From Verrucomicrobiota bacterium (GTDB lineage: Bacteria > Verrucomicrobiota > Verrucomicrobiia > Opitutales > Cerasicoccaceae), in NCBI GenBank assembly GCA_039818205.1, contig JBCBUK010000013.1:1-64000 (forward strand): a stretch of 64,000 bases of DNA. Reading direction: 5' to 3'. The notes under the pieces were generated by a model. It ran no database searches, was not told the origin of the DNA, and saw only the letters and a list, made by a program, of their open reading frames with translations. The translations under genes were made by a program, and so were the position numbers. Position 1 is the first letter of the stretch; each line of letters begins with the position of its first letter. Below, piece by piece: positions 58,512 to 64,000 of the stretch.

Positions 58512-59570
58512 ATGAAGATCTTCCAGTGCGACTCGTGTGGCCAACCACTCTTCTTTGAGAATACGAAGTGCGAGAAGTGCAGTAGTTCACTTGGCTACAT
58601 TTGGCGGGTCAATATGCTTAGCGCACTGGTTGAGAAGGGAGACGCTTGGGAGGCTATCGCGAACCCAGAAGCCGAATATCTGTATTGTCCAAACCACGAC
58701 CATGGAGCCTGCAATTGGTTAGTGCCCGCCTCAGCAGCCAATCCCTATTGCCGCTGTTGTGAGCTTAACCGAACGATTCCCAACTTGGAGATTCCCAAGA
58801 ACCTGTATGCTTGGCGAAAGCTTGAATCGGCGAAGCATCGGCTAGTCTATAGCCTTTTGCGCCTCGGGCTTCCCGTCGCTGCTAAGAAGGACGGAGATAA
58901 GGATAGCAAAGGTATCTTGTTCGATTTTCTGGCCGATATCGACGGGGAGGAGCCCGTGCTTACCGGGCACGCCAATGGAGTTATCACGGTAAATGTCGCG
59001 GAGGCCGATTCCGTTCACCGAGAAGCGGCTCGACGCAAAATGGGCGAGCCGTACCGCACTCTGATTGGCCACTTTCGGCATGAAATCGGGCACTACTATT
59101 GGGACGTCCTGGTCCGCGATGACGAGTCGATACTCGATGAATTTCGAGCCTTGTTCGGTGATGAAACTCAGAACTATAGCGACGCCCTGGAACGCCACTA
59201 TGCCGATGGTGCTCCCGACAATTGGCGGGATAATTTTGTTAGCAGCTATGCTTCAAGTCACCCGTGGGAAGATTGGGCGGAGACCTGGGCCCACTATCTG
59301 CATCTCGTTGATACGCTTGAAACCGCCTATTCGTTTGGAATGTCGCTCGATGCCAATTTGAAACCTCCCGCCGAGCTGAAAATGCAGGCGACATTTGATC
59401 CCTACAATCAACCGGACTTAGAACCGATATTGAAGGCTACCCTGCCAATCACCTTTGCGGTCAATAGTTTGAACCGCGGGATGGGCCAGCCCGACCTTTA
59501 TCCGTTTGTATTGCCGGATCCAGTGCTGAAGAAAATGCGCTTCGTGCACCAACTGATCCAGCCCGAATAG
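58512..59570 (+). CDS. Zinc-ribbon + zinc-binding metallopeptidase (DUF2248-like)
   Basis: N-terminal CxxC clusters, 'HFRHEIGHYYW', 'HPWEDWAETWAHYLH'. Confidence 0.88.
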   Translation: MKIFQCDSCGQPLFFENTKCEKCSSSLGYIWRVNMLSALVEKGDAWEAIANPEAEYLYCPNHDHGACNWLVPASAANPYCRCCELNRTIPNLEIPKNLYAWRKLESAKHRLVYSLLRLGLPVAAKKDGDKDSKGILFDFLADIDGEEPVLTGHANGVITVNVAEADSVHREAARRKMGEPYRTLIGHFRHEIGHYYWDVLVRDDESILDEFRALFGDETQNYSDALERHYADGAPDNWRDNFVSSYASSHPWEDWAETWAHYLHLVDTLETAYSFGMSLDANLKPPAELKMQATFDPYNQPDLEPILKATLPITFAVNSLNRGMGQPDLYPFVLPDPVLKKMRFVHQLIQPE

Positions 59571-59571
59571 C

Positions 59572-60561
59572 TTAGGCTGGTTGGTTCATTGAGATGCAGT
59601 GCAGAGCACCGCCTTCCTCAAGCAGGAGGCGAGAGTCGATGCCAATGATTTCACGGTCGGGAAAGCATTCGCCGAGTTGTTCCAGGCATCGGTTGTCCTT
59701 AGTGGTCTGGCCAAACGTTGGCACCAATACGGCACCGTTGATGATCACGAAATTGGCGTAACTGGCCGGAAGCTCATTGCCGTCTTTGTCGAGCACGGGA
59801 TCGGGTAGAGGTAACTCCACCAAATCGGGGAAGCGCTTTTTGAGTATCGCCCGGTTGTCAACGAGCTCGGGTACTTGATCACCAACGACACATACGACCC
59901 GATCTTCCGCCACGAAACGTGCGAGATTGTCGATGTGCCCATCGGTATCGTCATTGGGTAGTTCGATGGGTAACCAGATTATTTCGTGAATGCCGAAGAC
60001 CTCCTGAAAAACACGTGCATAGTCTTCCTTACTTGTGCCTGAATTGCGATTCGGGTTAAGCAAAACAGGGTCAGTCGTGATCATCACACCCTGACCGTTC
60101 ACTTCGATGGCGCCGCCCTCCAAAATAAGGCGCTGACTTTCGTGCTTTAGATCCAGGGAATCGGCCACGAGGCGGGGAACACAGTCGTCGAGGTCCCAGG
60201 GTTCAAACTTCCCGCCCCAGGCATTGAAGACCCAATCGGTGACCAGCAAACCAGTGTCCCGGTCGCGGACAAAAATTGGACCGTGGTCGCGACACCAGAC
60301 GTCGTTCGTTGGGTGGTCGTGCAGCTCTATGTTGTCCCACACTGCTTTGGCGTTTATGAGGTGCGAACGTATCGCAACGTGAGCCTCGATATCAGCGTTA
60401 ATGTGGACTGGTTGAAATCGGCTGACGGTCGCCGCGATCGCGGCAAACTTTTCCGCGATCGCTTCCGACTTTCCGGGCCAGATGTGCGACGATACCGGCC
60501 AGGACAACCACAAGGCAGCTTGCGGTTCCCATTCGGCTGGTAGACGTCGCTTCTCAGGCAC
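59572..60561 (-). CDS. aguA: Agmatine deiminase
   Basis: 'PAEWEPQ', 'WCRDHGP', 'LEGGAI', 'DDTDGHID', 'GGALHC'. Confidence 0.92.
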   Translation of the reverse strand: MPEKRRLPAEWEPQAALWLSWPVSSHIWPGKSEAIAEKFAAIAATVSRFQPVHINADIEAHVAIRSHLINAKAVWDNIELHDHPTNDVWCRDHGPIFVRDRDTGLLVTDWVFNAWGGKFEPWDLDDCVPRLVADSLDLKHESQRLILEGGAIEVNGQGVMITTDPVLLNPNRNSGTSKEDYARVFQEVFGIHEIIWLPIELPNDDTDGHIDNLARFVAEDRVVCVVGDQVPELVDNRAILKKRFPDLVELPLPDPVLDKDGNELPASYANFVIINGAVLVPTFGQTTKDNRCLEQLGECFPDREIIGIDSRLLLEEGGALHCISMNQPA

Positions 60562-60598
60562 GGATGAAGATTACTCAGAGTCCTTGGACTTCGCCGTC

Positions 60599-61909
60599 CT
60601 ACTCTTTATCGGTTACCGCAGCTTCCGCTTTCTTGGCTTCAGCTTCCACCTTCTCCGCAGCGGCTTTAGCAGCAGCATCCGCCTTTGCTTTTTCCTCGGC
60701 GGCCTTCTTCGCTAACTTTTCCTCGGCAGCTTTGGCTCGGGCCAGGGCGTCTTCCTTTTCCTTCGCAATCCGCGCAGCCTCTGCCTTGGCCTTCTTCTCG
60801 GCCTCGGCTTTTGCTTTGCGCGCGGCTTCCATCTTGGCCTTCTTATCGGCTTCCGCTTTCTTGGCCAGCTGCTTTAGGTGCGACTCAATATCGGTTAGCA
60901 TGCCGACTTTGGCTTTGCTGGTATATTCGGTTGCATAGCCGAAGACATCCTTGCCTTGGAAGGTGACGCGATGGACATAGCGGCCACCATTGAGGTCGGC
61001 GAGATAGTCGAGCGTGAACGGCATTCCCGAGGTCATGAGTTCAGTCAGAGCGGCCTCGGTTTCTTCATTGGTTGGAGCCAGAAAGTAGGCGATTTCCGTT
61101 GGGTTGAGTTCGGAAAAGGTAATTTCCTGATTGGATCGGAAGCTCGCAACGAAGGCAGTTGTTGGCAAGAGGTCCGACATCGGAGCAATGGTTTTCACGT
61201 TCACAGGGATCTTGCTCTGCATGATGGTGACAAGCGCGGCTTGGGCGGAAGCGTTGTTTGGGGCAAGGAGCTTGGCAGCCTCTTGCGGCTTCATTTTACC
61301 AAAGTTGATCTCTTTCTTTGACGTATACTGAACGGTGATCTGCCGGCCTTCGACCGTCAATAGCGGCTCACCACGAGCCGGAACGATGACGACTTCATTT
61401 CCGGTTACATTGACCTTCTGTGAACTGACATTGCCATCGGATTTGATCTTGTTGTCGATGGTTACGCCAATGCCCATCAAATAGCTGAGTGCGGTTTGGC
61501 CTTTGCGATCGCCGGGCAGAAGCGTTTGGGCAATCTTGCGGCGGTTCACGTTGCTGAAATCAATTGGGCTAGCGGTACCAACCGTGAGAATGATTTTGGG
61601 CGAGGCAGGAGTCGCAACCGGCTCAAGGGAAACGGGGATGCCCAAGCCCGAAAGGTAGACCAAAGCGGTTTGAGCACCTTCATTTTTGGGCGCGAACGTG
61701 CTGGCAACTTGTGCTGGGCTCAGGGAGCCCGAATCGGCAGCCTTGGTGGACTTGACCTGGAGCGCAATACTGAGGTCCTGAGGCTTGATCGCCTGCTTTT
61801 GGGAGGCCGCAGCCTTGTCGGCGGCGGTTGCGCTTTGAGGAGCCAAGGCGATAGCGCCGAGGACTAGGGCGAGGGTGATCCCTCCGATAAACGGTGGTAG
61901 CTTTTTCAT
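60599..61909 (-). CDS. Exported protein with four internal repeats and an Ala/Lys/Glu-rich C-terminal coil
   Basis: Signal peptide, repeated 'A..L.P.N...Q.AL..L...GIP' units, TolA-like low-complexity tail. Confidence 0.75.
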   Translation of the reverse strand: MKKLPPFIGGITLALVLGAIALAPQSATAADKAAASQKQAIKPQDLSIALQVKSTKAADSGSLSPAQVASTFAPKNEGAQTALVYLSGLGIPVSLEPVATPASPKIILTVGTASPIDFSNVNRRKIAQTLLPGDRKGQTALSYLMGIGVTIDNKIKSDGNVSSQKVNVTGNEVVIVPARGEPLLTVEGRQITVQYTSKKEINFGKMKPQEAAKLLAPNNASAQAALVTIMQSKIPVNVKTIAPMSDLLPTTAFVASFRSNQEITFSELNPTEIAYFLAPTNEETEAALTELMTSGMPFTLDYLADLNGGRYVHRVTFQGKDVFGYATEYTSKAKVGMLTDIESHLKQLAKKAEADKKAKMEAARKAKAEAEKKAKAEAARIAKEKEDALARAKAAEEKLAKKAAEEKAKADAAAKAAAEKVEAEAKKAEAAVTDKE

Positions 61910-61910
61910 A

Positions 61911-62792
61911 TTAATGATCGAGAAAACGTTCGGTTAAGCCGCCGTAGGCGTCGATGCGCCGGTCGCGGAAAAAGGGCCAGATGCGTCGGAAGTCTTCTTG
62001 GGCATCGAGATCTACTTCTACTACGGAAACCCCCTCCTCGTCGATGCCCATTCGCTGAATGATTTGTCCGTAGGGATTGCTGACGAAGGATTGACCCCAA
62101 AATTCGGTGTCGCCTTCGGTCCCAACTCGATTAACCGCGACGACATGGCAGCCATTGGCGACCCCATGTCCCTTCTGGACGGTTTCCCAAGCGTTGTGCT
62201 GCGCCTCGCCGAGTGCTTCCTTTTCATCGGGCAACCAGCCAATCGCAGTCGGGTAGAAGAGGATGTCGGCGCCGGCAAGCGCGGTCAAGCGGGCGGCTTC
62301 TGGATACCATTGGTCCCAGCAGATGCATAGCCCGAGCTTGCCAAACTGCGTATCCCATACCTGGAAGCCAAGGTCGCCTGGAGTGAAGTAAAATTTTTCC
62401 TCAAAACCCGGGTCCTGGGGAATGTGCATCTTTCGATACCTGCCGAGGAGCGAGCCATCGGCGTCGATCACCACCGCGGTGTTGTGGTAGAGGCCAGGTG
62501 CGCGCTTTTCAAAGGTCGGAACGAGAATGACAACGCCAAGCTCTTGGGCGATCTCCTGCATCAGGGCTGTGGTTGGCCCCGGGATCGGCTCCGCGAGATC
62601 AAAATTCGCGGTATCCTGCGTTCGGCAGAAATACTCGGTGTTAAACATCTCCGGCAAACAGATGACCTGGGCGCCTTGTTTTGCGGCATCAACAATCAAC
62701 GCTTTCGCCTTCGCAATATTCTGCGCGGGCTCCGGCAACATCGACATCTGTATGATCCCGACGGAAGTCCGTTGGGGCTTGGGACATGTCAT
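61911..62792 (-). CDS. aguB: N-carbamoylputrescine amidase (carbon-nitrogen hydrolase)
   Basis: 'CLPEMF', 'YRKMHIP.DPGFEEKFYF', 'ICWDQWYPEAAR', 'FFRDRR'. Confidence 0.9.
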   Translation of the reverse strand: MTCPKPQRTSVGIIQMSMLPEPAQNIAKAKALIVDAAKQGAQVICLPEMFNTEYFCRTQDTANFDLAEPIPGPTTALMQEIAQELGVVILVPTFEKRAPGLYHNTAVVIDADGSLLGRYRKMHIPQDPGFEEKFYFTPGDLGFQVWDTQFGKLGLCICWDQWYPEAARLTALAGADILFYPTAIGWLPDEKEALGEAQHNAWETVQKGHGVANGCHVVAVNRVGTEGDTEFWGQSFVSNPYGQIIQRMGIDEEGVSVVEVDLDAQEDFRRIWPFFRDRRIDAYGGLTERFLDH

Positions 62793-62886
62793 ACTCTTCA
62801 GCGAAGATTTTTGAGCATCGTGCTGCAAGCCTTGAATCATCATGCGCTTGTTACGATTCGGAGGAATTTTTTTGCGTGCCATGCCC

Positions 62887-63879
62887 ATGGACGCCAGCCA
62901 AGCTCCCCGTGTGAGTGATGCATCCGCACCTTTGAAATGTGGCGTAGCAGGCGTTGGCTACTTGGGCCAGCACCATGCGCGCCTCTACGCAGCGCTGCCG
63001 CAGACGGAATTGGTGGGCGTATTTGACGTTGATCCCAAACGGGCTGCCAAGATCGCCCAGGAACATGGGGGGCAGGTTTTTGAATCGCTCGACGCCCTCG
63101 GCTCAGCCTGTGATGCCGTGAGTGTGGTGGCACCGACAAACTACCATTGCGAAGTCGCCCAAAGCCTCCTTTCCCACGGCTGTCATTTACTGATTGAGAA
63201 GCCGCTCTGCAGCAGTCTGGAGGAGGCCGAGGTCATCTTAAATGCTGCTCGGCAGGCGCAGCGGATTGTTCAAGTCGGGCACATCGAGCACTTCAACCCG
63301 GTGATGAGCTTTTTGGAGAAAAATGTGGATAGTCCGCGATTCATCACCTGTGACCGCCTCGCTCCCTTCAAAATGCGTGGATTGGAGGTTGGCGTGGTGC
63401 TGGATCTCATGATTCACGATATTGGTGTCATCCTACAATTGGTAAAGTCACCGCTCGAGCGCGTAGATGCCGTTGGCGTGGAAGTGCTCACCAAGACGGA
63501 GGACATTGCGAACGCCCGGTTGACATTCGCGAACGGCTGTGTCGCCAATATCAATACCAGCCGGGTCAGTTTAAAGGCCGTGCGGGAGATTCGAGTCTTC
63601 CAACCGAATGCCTACCTCTCCCTGAATTTTGCTGAACAAAAAGGCCACTTGATCCGCAAGCCGAAGATCGGCAATACCGAGCTCAACATCCCCCATAAGG
63701 TTAAAATTCCGATTGAGAAAGGCGAACCACTTGCCCTGGAACTCGCGGGATTTGCGGAAGCGATCCAACAGCAGTCAGCTCCCAAAGTGGACGCCGAGCT
63801 CGGCAAAACCGCCCTCGAAGTGGCGCTCCAGGTGACGGAAAAAATCAAAGAAAGCAGCCTCAAAGCCTCGCAGTCATGA
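62887..63879 (+). CDS. Gfo/Idh/MocA oxidoreductase (GnnA-like)
   Basis: 'GVGYLGQHHAR', 'IEKP', 'VGHIEHFNP', 'LDLMIHD'. Confidence 0.85.
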   Translation: MDASQAPRVSDASAPLKCGVAGVGYLGQHHARLYAALPQTELVGVFDVDPKRAAKIAQEHGGQVFESLDALGSACDAVSVVAPTNYHCEVAQSLLSHGCHLLIEKPLCSSLEEAEVILNAARQAQRIVQVGHIEHFNPVMSFLEKNVDSPRFITCDRLAPFKMRGLEVGVVLDLMIHDIGVILQLVKSPLERVDAVGVEVLTKTEDIANARLTFANGCVANINTSRVSLKAVREIRVFQPNAYLSLNFAEQKGHLIRKPKIGNTELNIPHKVKIPIEKGEPLALELAGFAEAIQQQSAPKVDAELGKTALEVALQVTEKIKESSLKASQS

Positions 63880-64000
63880 TGAAAGTCGTTCAGTTCGTTT
63901 TTCCGCAAGACTCGCATTCGTCCGCCGCCCGATTGGGGAATGATGCCGGTTTGGATATCATGCTCGAGATTCAACAATCATCATTGAGCGCGGAATTCTC

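Noticed and set aside
60564..60938. Ala/Ser/Phe-rich plus-strand ORF and other long antisense ORFs (e.g. 17395-18072, 21270-22013, 41031-41792)
   Set aside because: Shadow frames of real genes on the opposite strand in GC-rich DNA, with no independent motifs.
1..64000. tRNA, rRNA, IS elements or defence systems
   Set aside because: No recognisable cloverleaf, rRNA, transposase, restriction-modification or cas sequence seen; a covariance-model search was not possible.

Overview
Bacterial chromosomal segment, probably from a Verrucomicrobiota (Opitutales-like) genome; this is inferred from the PEP-CTERM protein, the nusA-infB-rbfA-nrnA-truB-ribF layout without rimP, and protein style. Most of the window is housekeeping or ordinary accessory genes: nadA, corA, yqjDE-like, nusA/infB/rbfA/truB/ribF, ndk, serS, alr, tsaB, trkAH, argH, gadB, a gpgS cluster, a rimK cluster, ppgK, an ECF sigma pair, dnaE and aguAB. 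The standout is a ~9.3 kb minus-strand module at 2048-11411, wedged between nadA and corA. It holds an apparently intact Mu-like head and packaging set: holin-like, gp25-like, short TerS-like, TerL, portal, protease, capsid cement, major capsid, gp36-like adaptor and one LamG fibre. No transposase, integrase, repressor, replication, endolysin or tail tube/sheath/tape-measure genes are visible. A sigma70-like promoter with a palindromic operator precedes it. A 17-bp palindrome RCTYTG-N5-CARAGY is scattered through it (9 exact and 4 one-mismatch copies found by eye, versus 1 exact copy in the other ~54 kb). This fits a domesticated, host-regulated capsid module and is a candidate new Mu-derived gene transfer agent. 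All calls come from reading the sequence; no database searches were run.
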